Made by a program: the position numbers and the translations under genes. DNA of 64,000 nucleotides, taken from the NCBI RefSeq assembly GCF_009914755.1, contig NC_060930.1; one strand, written 5' to 3'. This DNA is from the human T2T-CHM13v2.0 reference genome, Homo sapiens. Of the stretch, positions 1 through 17,638 are shown one piece after another; position 1 is the stretch's first letter; every line of letters starts with the position of its first letter. The notes beneath the pieces are model-generated. The model made no database searches, was not told the origin of the DNA, and saw only the letters and a program-made list of their open reading frames with translations.

Positions 1-940
1 TTGATTTATTAACAATAAGACATGCTAGAGAAACATATGTAACCGTATTGTCTCAATGAATTATAGCATCACTAATTCTGAGAAAAAGATCATTTTGAAT
101 TGAGGAAAAGCTGATTTATATGATGCTTTAAAGAAAAGTATAATTATACTTAAGTTCATATAGCAGTTGGGACTAAGTAATATTGTTTATACAATACTTC
201 TCAGTTTGTATAGATCTTTCAATAACCCTATTATGAAAGAATTATTGTATTCTCTCTTCACAGTTGACAAAACTAAGACTCAAAGACTAAATGACTTGCC
301 CCAGGGTACTCACATAATAAATATTGTTCATATTTTTGAGACTATATTAAGAGTGGTCAAATGGAAGTTTTTCAGTGCCACTCAATTCTGAGAAGGGTAA
401 ATTAATACTCAGATTATAAAATATGTGTTTAAGACATATACATATATATAATGTTTTGAAATAGTCTGCCTAAAAGACATGAAAATTATTTTCTCTCAAG
501 AATCTAAACTATGCTTTTCTAAGCGTGTATGTGTGATACTAATTTTCTTTTTAAAAAGTTTTTTTAATATACTATGAAAAACAAAACTTTGGCCCTGTTT
601 CTGCCTGAATTAGTGTAGACTTTCAGCTAATTGAGTCAGTTAATGACTTTTTTTAAACTGTACATTAAAGAGGTAACATTCTGTTCACTGTGTTCTGTTT
701 TAAGTGCCATAGTATTAAAAAGGGCAAGGGATTGGCAGAACGAAGTACAACCTCGTTCTATATTTAATTTTTTTTCTACAAGGGTCCAGCAATATAGCAG
801 ATGTTAAAAGTGACATTTATAGTTCAGGGAACCAAGTGATACACTGCTATCATAGGGAGTTACAGCCAAATCCAGGGAGGGGTTATAGAAAGAGAGAGTA
901 CATACTAAATTCTTCTGGGGTGCCTTGAAAAGGGAAACAG

Positions 941-1845
941 GTGGAGGAGCCAAGATGGCCGAATAGGAACAGCTCCGGTCTACAGCTCTCAGCGTGAGCG
1001 ATGCAGAAGACGGGTGATTTCTGTATTTTCATCTGAGGTACCGGGTTCATCTCACTAGGGAGTGCCAGACAGTGGGCGCAGGTCAGTGGGTGAATGCACC
1101 GTGCGCGAGCCGAAGCAGGGCGAGGCATTGCCTCACTCAGGAAGTGCAAGGGGTCAGGGAGTTCCCTTTCCTAGTCAAAGAAAGTGGTGATGGATGGCAC
1201 CTGGAAAATCGGGTTACTCCCACCCGAATACTGCGCTTTACCGACGGGCTTAAAAAATGGCGCACCAGGAGATTATATCCCGCAATGGCTCAGAGTGTCC
1301 TACACCCACGGAGTCTCGCTGATTGCTAGCACAGAAGTCTGAGATCAAACTGCAAGGCGGCAGCGAGGCTGGGGGAGGGGAGCCCGCCATTGCCCAGGCT
1401 TGCTTAGGTAAACAAAGCAGCCGGGAAGCTCAAACTGGGTGGAGCCCACCACAGCTCAAGGAGGCCTGCCTGCCTCTGTAGGCTCCACCTCTGGGGGCAG
1501 GGCACAGACAAACAAAAAGACAGCAGTAACCTCTGCAGACTTAAATGTCGCTGTCTGACAGCTTTGAAGAGAGCAGTGGTTCTCCCAGCACGCAGCTGGA
1601 GATCTGAGAACGGGCAGACTGCCTCCTCAAGTGGGTCCCTCACCCCTGACCCCCCAGCAGCCTAACTGGGAGGCACCCCCCAGCAGGGGCACACTGACAC
1701 CTCACACAGCCTGGTACTCCAACAGACCTGCAGCTGAGGGTCCTGTCTGTTAGAAGGAAAACTAACAAACAGAAAGGACATCCACACCAAAAACCCATCT
1801 GTACATCACCATCATCAAAGACCAAAAGTAGATAAAACCACAAAG
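941..1845 (+). promoter_or_regulatory. L1 5'UTR with internal sense promoter (YY1 site) and antisense promoter region
   Basis: CAAGATGGCCG YY1 motif at 951-961; CpG-retaining; SOX-type AACAAA motifs near 1410 and 1510; ends at ORF1 ATG 1846. Confidence 0.85.
1250..1390 (-). pseudogene. L1 ORF0, frameshifted and truncated to 46 aa
   Basis: ATG at 1390(-) reads MAGSPPPASLPPCSLISDFCASNQRDSVGVGHSEP, then diverges from the recalled ORF0 (apparent 1-bp loss near 1285) and stops at TAA 1250-1252. Confidence 0.7.
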
Positions 1846-2861
1846 ATGGGGAAAAAACAGAGCAGAAAAACTGGAAACTCTAAAAAGCAGAGCGCCTCTC
1901 CTCCTCCAAAGGAACGCAGTTCCTCACCAGCAATGGAACAAAGCTGGATGGAGAATGACTTCGACGAGCTGAGAGAAGAAGGCTTCAGATGATCAAATTG
2001 CTCCGAGCTACGAAGGACATTCAAACCAAAGGCAAAGAAGTTGAAAACTTTGAAAAAAATTTAGAAGAATGTATAACTAGAATAACCAATACAGAGAAGT
2101 CCTTAAAGGAGCTGATGGAGCTGAAAACCAAGGCTTGAGAACTACGTGAAGAATGCAGAAGCCTCAGGAGCCCATGCGATCAACTGGAAGAAAGGGTATC
2201 AGCGATGGAAGATGAAATGAATGAAATGAAGCAAGAAGGAAAGTTTAGAGAAAAAAGAATAAAAAGAAATGAGCAAAGCCTCCAAGAAATATGGGACTAT
2301 GTGAAAAGACCAAATCTACGTCTGATTGGTGTACCTGAAAGTGACGGGGAGAATGGAACCAAGTTGGAAAACACTCTGCAGGATATTATCCAGGAGAATT
2401 TCCCCAATCTAGCAAGGCAGGCCAACATTCAGATTCAGGAAATACAGAGAACGCCACAAAGATACTCCTCGAGAAGAGCAACTCCAAGACACATACTTGT
2501 CAGATTCACCAAAGTTGAAATGAAGGAAAAAATGTTAAGGGCAGCCAGAGAGAAAGGTCGGGTTACCCTCAAATGGAAGCCCATCAGACTAACAGCTGAT
2601 CTCTCAGCAGAAACTCTACAAGCCAGAAGAGAGTGGGGGCCAATATTCAACATTCTTAAAGAAAAGAATTTTCAACCCAGAATTTCATATCCAGCCAAAC
2701 TAAGCTTCATAAGTGAAGGAGAAATAAAATACTTTACAGACAAGCAAATGCTGAGAGATTTTGTCACCACCAGGCCTGCCCTAAAAGAGCTCCTGAAGGA
2801 AGCGCTAAACATGGAAAGGAACAACTGTTACCAGCCACTGCCAAATCATGCCAAAATGTAA
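1846..2861 (+). pseudogene. L1 ORF1p, disrupted
   Basis: MGKKQSRKTGNSKKQSASPPPKERS...; CGA>TGA stop at codon 49 (1990-1992), 1-bp deletion near 2012 (span 1016 vs 1017 nt), second TGA at 2136-2138; C-terminal part is track ORF 2205..2861. Confidence 0.93.
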
Positions 2862-2924
2862 AGACCATCAAGACTAGGAAGAAACTGCATCAACTATCCA
2901 GCAAAATAACCAGCTAACATCATA

Positions 2925-6747
<3,823 letters not shown>

Positions 6748-7514
6748 ACAATGAGAACACATGGACACAGGAAGGGGAACATCACACTCTAGGGACTGTT
6801 GTGGGGTGGGGGGAGGGGGGAGGGATAGCAATGGGCGATATACCTAATGCTAGATGACGAGTTAGTGGGTGCAGCGCACCATCATGGCACATGTATACAT
6901 ATGTAACTAACCTGCACATTGTGCACATGTACCCTAAAACTTAAAGTATAATAATAATAAAAAAAAAAAGAAAAAGGAAACAGAAGCACAAAATGGGATG
7001 CAAAAAAAATAGTTTAAAATTGAAAGCAATTCATAGTCTATTTTGAGGAAACAAGCAAAGTCACAAAAAGTAATATTTAATGTGAACCCATTTATTTACA
7101 AATGCATCACATATAGACATAGATATGACATATCTATGTAAATACAGCAGAGAAAAATATCAATACTACAAGATGTCAACAATGCTTAGAGTATGATTTT
7201 CTTTTGTCTTTTTGATTATCTGTAATTTCTGAAGCTTATAAATACATATAACTTTTGAAATGTTTAAGTTTATGTTTAGATAATTTTGGATAGTCTAATG
7301 AAACATGACACATGTATATAGGCTTGCACTGTGTGTGTAACTCCAGTAACACACTTCACATTACACTAGTCAACACTTGTCATCTGTCTTCTTCACTAAA
7401 CTCTGAGCTCCTTGAGATCAGGACAGGGTCTTGTACTTCCAGATACTAAATTCCTAAAAAAGGAAAAAGAATGAAATTAATGTATATGTATATTATCAAA
7501 CTAAATTCCTATAA

Positions 7515-7650
7515 CAACATCGTAATCATTATCATCTCCATTTTACAGATGAAAAAATTAAAGTTTAGAGATATTAAGTAACTTAGCTAATGTCCTTCCA
7601 TTAAGAACTGATAAGAGCTTAGATTCAGACACACATCTGCCTGAGCCCAA
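7515..7650 (-). mobile_element. MIR fragment (L2-like 3' fragment just upstream at ~7375-7440)
   Basis: MIR core-like ATCTCCATTTTACAGATGAAAAAATTAAAGTTTAGAGATATTAAGTAACTT; boundaries approximate. Confidence 0.6.
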
Positions 7651-8451
7651 ACTGATATTAGTCTTAAGTGTTGATGTGAGTTAAATGGAAGAAAGGAAGC
7701 AAGAAGTGCGAGCCATGCAGACCTAGGAAATGTTTAAAGTTTGAATGTAAAGCAAATGAATAGAATATAAAATAAAATATACATTAAGCAATTACTTAAA
7801 ATATGTATATAAAATACACATAAATGATCTAGAATGTTCTCCCTCACTGGTACATCCCTCACTGGTTCAATTAAGAAAGTTGTAGAAGAGATTTCTACCC
7901 TGAGAGGAGATGCTGTTAGGTGATACCATGGCCTATCCAACTTGTTTCTCCTCCAATATTTTATTAGGATCAGTCTCCCAATTTTTTTAATGACGGCCTC
8001 AGGTGATTTTAGGAACAAACTTGTTTATTTCCTTTGGCATGTTCTTCATTTGGTGGCAATGCATCCTGGGGTCACATAAATAAAAACAGCAATTAGAGGA
8101 AGTTTAGCAGCAGTGAAAGGACAAATGAAAAACAAGAGAAAGGCTCTTTGTTGCAATGCATCAGCAAAATTCAGTCCCACAGGTTTCGTGGAGTGTTTTT
8201 TAATAATTGAAAGTTATGCCAAAAGTAGTGTCTCTGGGACTTTATATTTAACTATTATGATACCTTTAATTAAAGAAGATATACCCATAGGTAAATGCTT
8301 AGGGCATACTAAGAAAATAGGACAGGCTCAGGTTATCTAAAAGTGTAGAAGATGTAGTTGATTTCCTCTCTGAGGTTCATATTTAGAATAAGCTTGATAA
8401 AACCAGTGACCAAATAAGTTAAGAATATAGATGTAAATGAGAGAGATCTAA

Positions 8452-8806
<355 letters not shown>

Positions 8807-9068
8807 CACACATTCTGAATTTGTCCCTGACTATAGGGTAAATCCTAAGGCATGAAGGTTGGGCTAAAAAATGGAAAATTCAGGTTGTTCATTCTTTGAA
8901 TGTTTCTCAGGCACATGACCAAAGAAAGTTGCTCCATTCAGAAACTGGAACTTGATTTTTCTCCTAGATTATGAGTCACATGGACACTAATATTAGAAGT
9001 AATACATAGAGTATTTAATAAATAAAAATGTAATTATGTAATAACTGTAAAGTTTTGACATTCCAGAA

Positions 9069-9429
9069 TGATATGGTTTGGCTGTGTCCCCACTCAAATC
9101 TCATCTTGAATTGTAGCTCCCATAATCCACATGTGTTGTAGGAGGGATCTGATGAGAGGTAATTGAATCATGGGGGCAGGTTTTTCCTGTGCTGTTCTCT
9201 TAATAGTGAATAAGTCTCATGAGATCTGATGGTTTTATAAAGAGCAGATCCCCCGCACACGCTCTTGCCTGCCACCATGTGAGACATGTCTTTGCTCCTC
9301 CTTTGCCTTCTGCCATGATTGTGAGGCTTCCCCAGCAAGGTCAAATTATGAGTCCATTAAACCTCTTTTTCTTTATAAACTTCCCAGTTCGGGTATTTCT
9401 TCATAGCAGTATGAAAATGGACTAATACA
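9069..9429 (+). mobile_element. THE1 (THE1C-like) MaLR solo LTR
   Basis: TGATATGGTTTGGCTGTGTCCCCAC...GGACTAATACA termini; perfect 5-bp TSD CAGAA (9064-9068 / 9430-9434). Confidence 0.92.
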
Positions 9430-9576
9430 CAGAATAAAACAAATATCTTGGATTCTTATAATGTAAATTTGTAGAAAATAGAAAATCTTTTTACCTATTT
9501 TATTTTTTACTTAATCTCTCAATTCTTATTTAGAACCTTAAAGCTTATAATCCTTATAAGTAGCACAAAATAAATA

Positions 9577-9935
9577 CAGTCATGCACCACATAACCACAT
9601 TTTGATTAAGGACATTTTGGTCAATGATAGAACACATATACAATGATGTTCCCATAAGATTATAAGACCATTGTTTTCCTATACCTTCTGTATGTTTAGA
9701 TAGTTTAGATACACAAACACTTACCATTGTGTTACAATTGCCAACAGTATTCAATACAGCACTATGCTGTACAGGTTTGCAGCCTAGGACCAATAGATTA
9801 GACCATATAGCCTAGGTTTGTGGTAGGCTGTACTATCTAGGTTTGTGTAAGTGCACTCCATGATGATCACACAATGGCAAAATCACCTAACAATGTATTT
9901 CTTAGGTATTCCTGTTGTTATGCAATGCATGACTG
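9577..9935 (+). mobile_element. Tigger3a/MER7-type non-autonomous DNA transposon
   Basis: Terminal inverted repeats (TIRs) CAGTCATGCA...TGCATGACTG with TA TSD on both sides; internal TAGCCTAGG repeats typical of the family. Confidence 0.88.
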
Positions 9936-10492
9936 TATGTCTGACAGAACTTTGTCATTATCAAGTTCGAAAAATTCTGGCAGAATGAGACAAAGAAAGA
10001 CAATCTTTTCCTGAGAAGTGTTTTTGGGAAATCATAATAAAGGATTAACTACATTGATATTCCAGATACTGTTCAGGGCTCCAGATATACAAAGATAAAT
10101 AAATAGCTCCTGATCACAAAGAATGCATTGTCTGTGAGGAATGTGGACCCATAAATAGATAATTATAATATTATGAATAATATTATGAAGTAGGTGCACT
10201 AATGGAGACCTGCACATGTGCTATGTGTGCACCAAGGAGTGACCCCTAACTTAGACTGTCGCATAATGAAAGGGCTTCCTAAGTATCTATTTGAGCTGAG
10301 ATCAAGAATATGTGTAGGTATTAACCTGACATAAGGGTAAGGATAGTGTAGAGTAGAGCAGGGAAGGACATAACTGGCAGAAGGGGCAATACAGGCAAGA
10401 GTAACTCACTGAGAAAGCACAGTGGGAAACTCTAAAAAGCTCTAAATTGCTAGATTATACATTATAAAGCAGAGACTTAAGTGATATGGGTC

Positions 10493-10918
10493 TACTCAAA
10501 TGCCCATCAATGAGTAGAAAAAGAAAATATGATGTGATATATATATATGTATTAGAATACTACTCAGCCATAAAAAGGAGTAAAATAACGGCATTCGCAG
10601 CAAGCTGAATGGAGTTGGAGACTATTATTCCAAGTAAAGTAATTCAGGAATGAAAAACCAAACATCATGTTCTCACTCATACATGGGAGCCAAGCTGTGA
10701 GGATGCAAAGGCATACAAATGATATAAAACATCGGACTTTGAGGACTAGGAGGAAGGGTGGGAGGATGGTGAGGGATAAAAGACTACAGATTGGGTACAA
10801 TGTATACTGCTTGGGTGATGGGTGCACCAAAATCTCAGAAATCACCACTAAAGAACTTATTCATGTAACCAAACACTACATGTTCCCCAAAAACCTATTG
10901 AAATAAAAAATTAAAAAT
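10493..10918 (+). mobile_element. L1PB-type 3' end, 5'-truncated, within L2-like sequence
   Basis: AAATGCCCATCAA...TACTACTCAGCCATAAAAAGG...GTGCACCAAAATCTCAGAAATCACCACTAAAGAAC...AATAAAAAA. Confidence 0.8.
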
Positions 10919-11785
10919 TTAAGCAGACAATAAAACAAAATAAAGAGATATGGGACTACAGAGTTAGGTAGAGAACAGATAATAGAAAAGAATATTTACC
11001 ACATAAAAAATTTATCCTTGAGGAGTTATTGAAGGATTTAAAGCAATCACATGGTATCATCACACCCAAATTTGAAATGGATCACTTTGGTGGTCACTTG
11101 GAAAGTGTATGTGCAGAGTAAGGGCTGTGGCTTGAATGGGAAACATAGGGAGAAAGGACATTTTTTTTAAAGTGAAAAAAGAAGAACTCACACAAAAGTG
11201 TAAAGGAAATAGGCAAAGAAGTGTCAATAGAAGCAACAGACTGTTGTGTTATGATTGTCAAAGAAGTGAAATGTCCTTTTGAGAAGTCAAAAGAGAACAA
11301 AAGCAGCAAATGAACAAGATCAATCCAAGAAGACAATTCCTGAAAGATATCTGATAGAATTATATTTAGGAAATCATTAATGCCTTTAATCTTTACTAAG
11401 AGCAGTTTCCTTTTAGCAGTAAGAGCAAGAAACTAGAGTGTCATGGTTCATGGAGAAAAAGAGGGATAAGGAACAGCTAGTGATAGAATGAACATTTAGA
11501 GAAGTTGGTGTAAGAAGGGGAGAATTATTGGATGACAGAGAATGGATCTCTCAGCAAGGGCATGGATGAAGGCGAGTGAAGCAAGCCAGTCAAGAGAGAA
11601 AGATTAAGATACAGAAAATAGAGAGAAGACAATGGCTCAGGGGAAGTGTAAGAAGATGAGATCTTAAAAGTAGAAGAGTTGAAGGGGCAACCAAGCCTCC
11701 AGAAATAGGATTAAGGAGCCACACATTTATATCATCAATGTGAAAGTAAGAATTTGAGTAAAGTAAAATAAGGCTTAGAGCCCCA

Positions 11786-12112
<327 letters not shown>

Positions 12113-15100
12113 TAATGAAGAGGTGACACAAGTATAAGGATTGGCCTGATGCCAAAAGACAACTTTGGTTTGTTTGTATTGTCTATTCTTTATAGAACAA
12201 AATATTAGACTGGTACAATACATTTATGTTAACAATTTCAAACAGCATCTGGATAATCAGTCTCTTACCGCTAATCTAACCACAACTTACATCCTAAGTG
12301 TCTGAATATGCAACTTCTCTTCTCTGGGGAAACATGCTCATCAAATTCAATACAAATTCGTGCCTTCATCACTGGATCTTTGTGAATGCCCAGCACACCT
12401 GTGCAGTCATCTTCTGTATTAAAGCTTGACATGCTGTCAGTAAGTCTTGTGACAAAGGGGAATGTCAGGTTTTCCCTCCTCGAGGGTACTGTTAGAAAGA
12501 ACAGCTTGTTCTTGTTTAATTAGCATTGATTTTCTTGAAACTGGCTATTACCCTTAAGTCTCAATTTTTTTTAATTCCTTGAGATGAAATAACACTTCAT
12601 TTGTTAAGTCTTATAAAAGCAGCATTCTTTCTAATGTCTTTGGCTAATTGAAGATTTTGCTACTTGTTTATATCTCATTTCTTTTGTGTTTAGGTCTGAG
12701 CATTTTTCTCATTATCAGAAATCTTTAATGTATGATATCAATTCATAATGGAGACAAAAGTGTGGTATTAATAAAATCTAGAGTTCCTCAAACCAGTGAA
12801 TCCATATATCACGTCATACTCATCCTCTATCTTTTTTTTTCTAATAATGATTATATCACATTACACCAACCACCACCATACATACCACCATGGAAATGAA
12901 TGAATTAAACACATGATAAAATGTGCCACTTCTAATCTGAACATTCTTTTTCCATGGATGCACCAACCTCTCACTGCTCTGTTTGGAGCCCAGTGCTGTA
13001 TATACCAACTGCTACATTCAAAAGACAGTCCAACTAAACCTCACTTCACAGTGGCACAGGGTTAGTCTTTGAGGAGTCATTGAGAAGCCTGAAAGATTAT
13101 TTGATTTTGGATGCTTTATTAAGAAATCTAGTAATAAGCAATGTTCACATACCTTTCCTACCCCAAAATTATGTCTTTTGGAAGATGTGTATACTCATTT
13201 GAGATCTATTTTTCTGTGTTCCAGGCACTGCCCTAAAGGATTTGAAATATTCATGCAATCTATCTTCACAACAGCCCTGTGTTATATTTATTAGTCACAT
13301 TTTCAAGAAAAACAAACTAAAAAGGTTTAGAAATTTATGTAAATATCCATTACTAATTAGTGGCAAAGGAAGACCCTCGGAGTCCAGATAACCAGCTAAC
13401 TAAAGAAAGAGCCAAACATAAAACTCAAGTTCCTGGCCGGTAGTCTTGTGTCACCACAGTAGGCAACCACAGTGGGCAAAAATAAACATCCAATTCCCTA
13501 ATAGACTTATAAATTTGAAATCTCTAAAGAGCATTTGTGGCATTGATTGATACTGACATTTTCAATACTGAGGCTGCACTATCTTTCTTCTCTGGAGACT
13601 GAATGCTCTGAAGTTTGAAAATGATCAACCACAGAGTGTCTGGGGAACCTGAGTGATTATGCCCAAAACTGTGCTGTTCCAAGATCTCTCGGTGATAAGC
13701 GTTCATGCCCACTCTGCTGACAAATATAAATTCTTCCCCTTTTCGGGGTTTTCACTTCCAGAATATTTTCAATCACCTCACCTGCGGAACACTTATTCCC
13801 CAGCAGCATTGGCTGTGGCTTATGGTACCTTCCCTCCAAGAGTCCTCCGTGTGTTTTTCTCATAGAATCAGAGTTGCAGTTCCTCTGCACCAATATCTGC
13901 TGTTGCTCTGCTGATCTCAGGTCACTGAATACATTGCTTACTGACCTCCTCAGAGCCTGGTCATTTCCCTACCAATGGTCTTCAGCTATTGATACCTGTT
14001 CCTATCTCTTGTTTCCTCTCTCTTTCTTTCTCTCTCCAGCCATAGAAAACTTCACAGCAGAGCTTGTGGACTCCTGAATAAATCAGCTTTTTATTCCGAT
14101 TTGCCGCTCCCATGGGCAAGGGGAAGTGATGTACGAAGTACGATAGGTGCTAGGATGTTCTAACGCAGTCATACCAGTCTCTACAGAAGCTATGCCTCAT
14201 ATGCCAGGTGCCATTTTCAATTATAGTGGCTTTTATGGTGATTTTTTTTCTCATTTACCTTATAATTTGTTTTTGCATTCTAACTACATTTGAGCCCCTT
14301 ATCACTTAGGAACATTTCACATATGAAATAAATAATTACATAAATAAGTGTGACAGCCTTCATCAGTCAAACAAAAAAGGTGATTTAATTGCTCCTGTCA
14401 GATATCTGACTTCAGGCACCAGCTTTATCTGGAATTCCAAAAACATCTTCTGGAATTTACCACTCGATTCTCCTTCCGCAGATTTGACCCATTCTAGGGT
14501 TCTACCTTATGTCTCCACCCAGCAACTCCGGGGTCTTCCCCTCTAGCTGCAGCAGTTCTACGTTGCTTCTCTCAATATCAGAAGAATCTCATCTTCATCA
14601 TTTCAAATAAAATTTTTTAGACTTACATTGATTGGACTCTTTTAAATCAATTACTCATCCGTAGCCAATTAGTGTAACTATGGAGAGGGCTATCCTGATT
14701 TGTTTAAACCAATCAGAATCCATTCCTGAAACTGTAAGTTTGAGGACCAGGGCCAGGGGCTAAGGAGTTTTTCCCCAAAGAAACCTGGAATATTACTACC
14801 AAGAAACACAAGAAAAATGAATGGCAAACAACAAAGTGTCAACTGCAGAGTCCCAACTGTCCTTAGGCAAATTGTACCTGTCAAACCCCACTCCTAATAG
14901 AAAGCATTGCCTAACTCAGTACATCAACTAATGGAGTCTTGGCTTCAGCCCTGTAACCACTCTTTGTTGCAATTCTAATTTTAAAATGTAGGTGTGAAAC
15001 TTGTCCTTCTTTTAGTTGTCCATGATAGCCACATGTATATATTTCAGTCTGAGGTCAGTTAAATTCCTATATCCTTGATACCGACACTATTCTAGGTTAC

Positions 15101-16034
15101 CACTATTAACTGCTTATCTGAAAGTTTGTATTTAGCGGTGATGAGACACTTTTCTATTTTATAACCAATACTTTAAAATGTGTAAACACAAGTGCATCTG
15201 GCCTAGAAAGAAATGAGGTTTCGAAATTCATGTATACATATATTCCCTGGACCTATCAGTGCCTCAAAGATCAAACTAATACTACCAGGGACACAGGGCA
15301 TTGTGCCAGAGCATTAAAATAGTGAATCATGGTCGGTCCTTCCACTCTCACTCTTGGCACCATAAAAATCCCTCATACAAAAGAATGATTGGCATGAACA
15401 ACACAGAGGGTTTTCTCTGAATATTTCATAAATTATCCATCAAATCTCCAGATCAAGTCTGATAAACTTATTTGATAGCAACTGAACATTACATCTGAGT
15501 ATAATATTTCCTCACCTCAGCCTGCTCACATTTCATCTCTGTTCATCAGCTTCAATTCATAAATTCATAAATCTCACATAAGACTAAATTAGTTTAGGTG
15601 TGCCCTAAATTACCAACAAGTGTCTCCCAATAACATACTCATCTGAATCCAATATCAAAGAAGTTGCATGTTTCCTACTCAATTTATCAAATAGTATATC
15701 ACACAACATCCTTAGTTCTATTTACATAAAATCTCAGCCAACATTTTAAATCTTATATAATTACAAAGAAAACAAAATGGTATAGTGGAGAGAAGAAGTT
15801 TTAGCATCAGATAGACCTGAGTCTTCCGAATACAAAGTCTGTATTTTGCATGCTGGGGTGAGAAAGTTTTTCAACTTATCCCAGTTTCTATAACTACAAA
15901 ATGGTGATAATTAAAACATACCTCTTTAAGTGGTTGTGAGTATTAAATGGGGTCACAAACAAAACAGACCTAACCACATGTTCAATGAATGTGGGTTCCC
16001 TTACAGTCCCCTCAGATGGGTACCTGCTGTCCTC

Positions 16035-16480
16035 TACATCAACAATGATTAGTCATGTTGATAGTGTGTACCCTTGATTTTATTTGATGAAAATGGCCTT
16101 CAGCTCTGGTGCTGCTCCCCAAAATATGTAACCTCAGTTTAATCATGAGGAAAACATCAGACAAATCTCAGTTGAGGAACATTCTAAAAGATATCTGTAT
16201 AGTAGTCCTCAAAGGTGTCAAGCTCATCAAAAATAAGGAAAGTCCAAGAAAATCTCATAGCCAAAAGGAGCCTAAAGAGACAAGGGCATTATGTAAAAAA
16301 ACCAAAGGAAATGTGAATAGAATACAGATTTTAGTTAATAATTATGTATCAATATTGGTCCATTAATTGTAAAAAATGTACCATACTAATGTAAGGTGTT
16401 AACAATAGGGGAAATAGGAGAACTCTCTGTACCATCATTTCAATTTTCCTATAAATCTAAGACATAAAATAAAAATTGTA
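16035..16480 (+). mobile_element. Old L1M (L1MC/MD-like) 3' fragment
   Basis: AATCATGAGGAAAACATCAGACAAATC...TTAGTTAATAATTATGTATCAATATTGG resembles an L1MC 3'UTR. Confidence 0.6.
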
Positions 16481-16486
16481 CTTAAA

Positions 16487-16820
16487 ATGTCCTTTGCAGC
16501 ACATGGATGCAGCCATTATCCTCAGTGAATTAATTCAGGAACAGACCAAATATCTAATGCTCTCACTTGTATGTGGGAGCTAAGCATTGAGCACACATGG
16601 ACGTAAAGAGGGAAAAACAGACACTGAGGCCTTTGATGAGGGAGGGTTGGATGAGGGTGAGGATCAAAAAACGACCTAACTGGTATTTTGATGGCTACCT
16701 GGGTGACAAAATCATTTGTACACCAAACCCCAGTGACATGCAATTTACCCATGTGACAAACCTTTACATGTACCACCTCAACCTAAAATAAAAGTTGAAA
16801 AAAAATTATAAATAAATAAG
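16487..16820 (+). mobile_element. L1PA15/16-like 3' end
   Basis: ATGTCCTTTGCAGC...GTACACCAAACCCCAGTGACATGCAATTTACCCATG...CCTAAAATAAAAG plus A-rich tail. Confidence 0.8.
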
Positions 16821-17638
16821 AAAACTGCAAGTTTAAAACAAGGGATTAAGCAATTCCTCTGGAGTCACCTCCGTTCTCAACCATATTGCTTCTTCTTTCT
16901 TCCTTTTTCTTTCTCCGAACTTAAGTGCTCAGAGTATTGCACTTTAGAAGATACAGGATTAAAATATGAGTTTCTTACGGCCCATGGACAAGAATCCATG
17001 GAGGAAGGGCATGCTAAATTCACACAAAAGAAGAGGCAGGGTGTCCATTAGGGAGGATCAGTATTCAGTAAATCTCTAAATAGCTACTATAACAAGTGCC
17101 AGGTACTGAAATAGGTACTTGACATACGTTATCTTGTTATGTTTGTTCTTCCAGTACATATATTGATATAGATATTGTTATCATAATTTGCAGATGAGGT
17201 TTAGTTTATCATGATCCCACAGCTAGCAGGAATCAGAGTTAAGCTCCGTACTCCAAATTCTAGAGTCTTAAACCCTGTTTATACTGCCCCCCGAAATCAC
17301 AGTGAAATGATAAATTTGTCCTCAGTGGACTTCCACTTCCGTTTTTATATATGTCTCTGTCTTTAGGTGTCTAGCAAGAACTGATGCCTCCTAAGCCACA
17401 AAGCCATGCCTCCTATTTTCTTCAGAAAAATGTGAGTGGGAGAGTATGAAAAGGAGAAAGGGAAAGGGGAACGTAAAATAACTAAAATTCGCTGAGCAGC
17501 TACTGTACACCAAGACACTTACTAGATACTTTACCTACTTTAATTAATTAAGCCTTCACGATCTCTTTCTTTATGAGAAATTAATGTCTATTTTTAGGCA
17601 CATGGTTAGTGCTTTTACCATAGCTGTCATGAAGGGAA

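Noticed and set aside
883-2024. Short ORFs over the L1 5'UTR as separate genes
   Set aside because: They are incidental frames in L1 sequence; only the truncated ORF0 is a recognised product
13524-14077. Cluster of overlapping 60-80 aa ORFs as a gene or processed pseudogene
   Set aside because: No recognisable protein similarity, several non-ATG starts, and no poly-A tail or TSD
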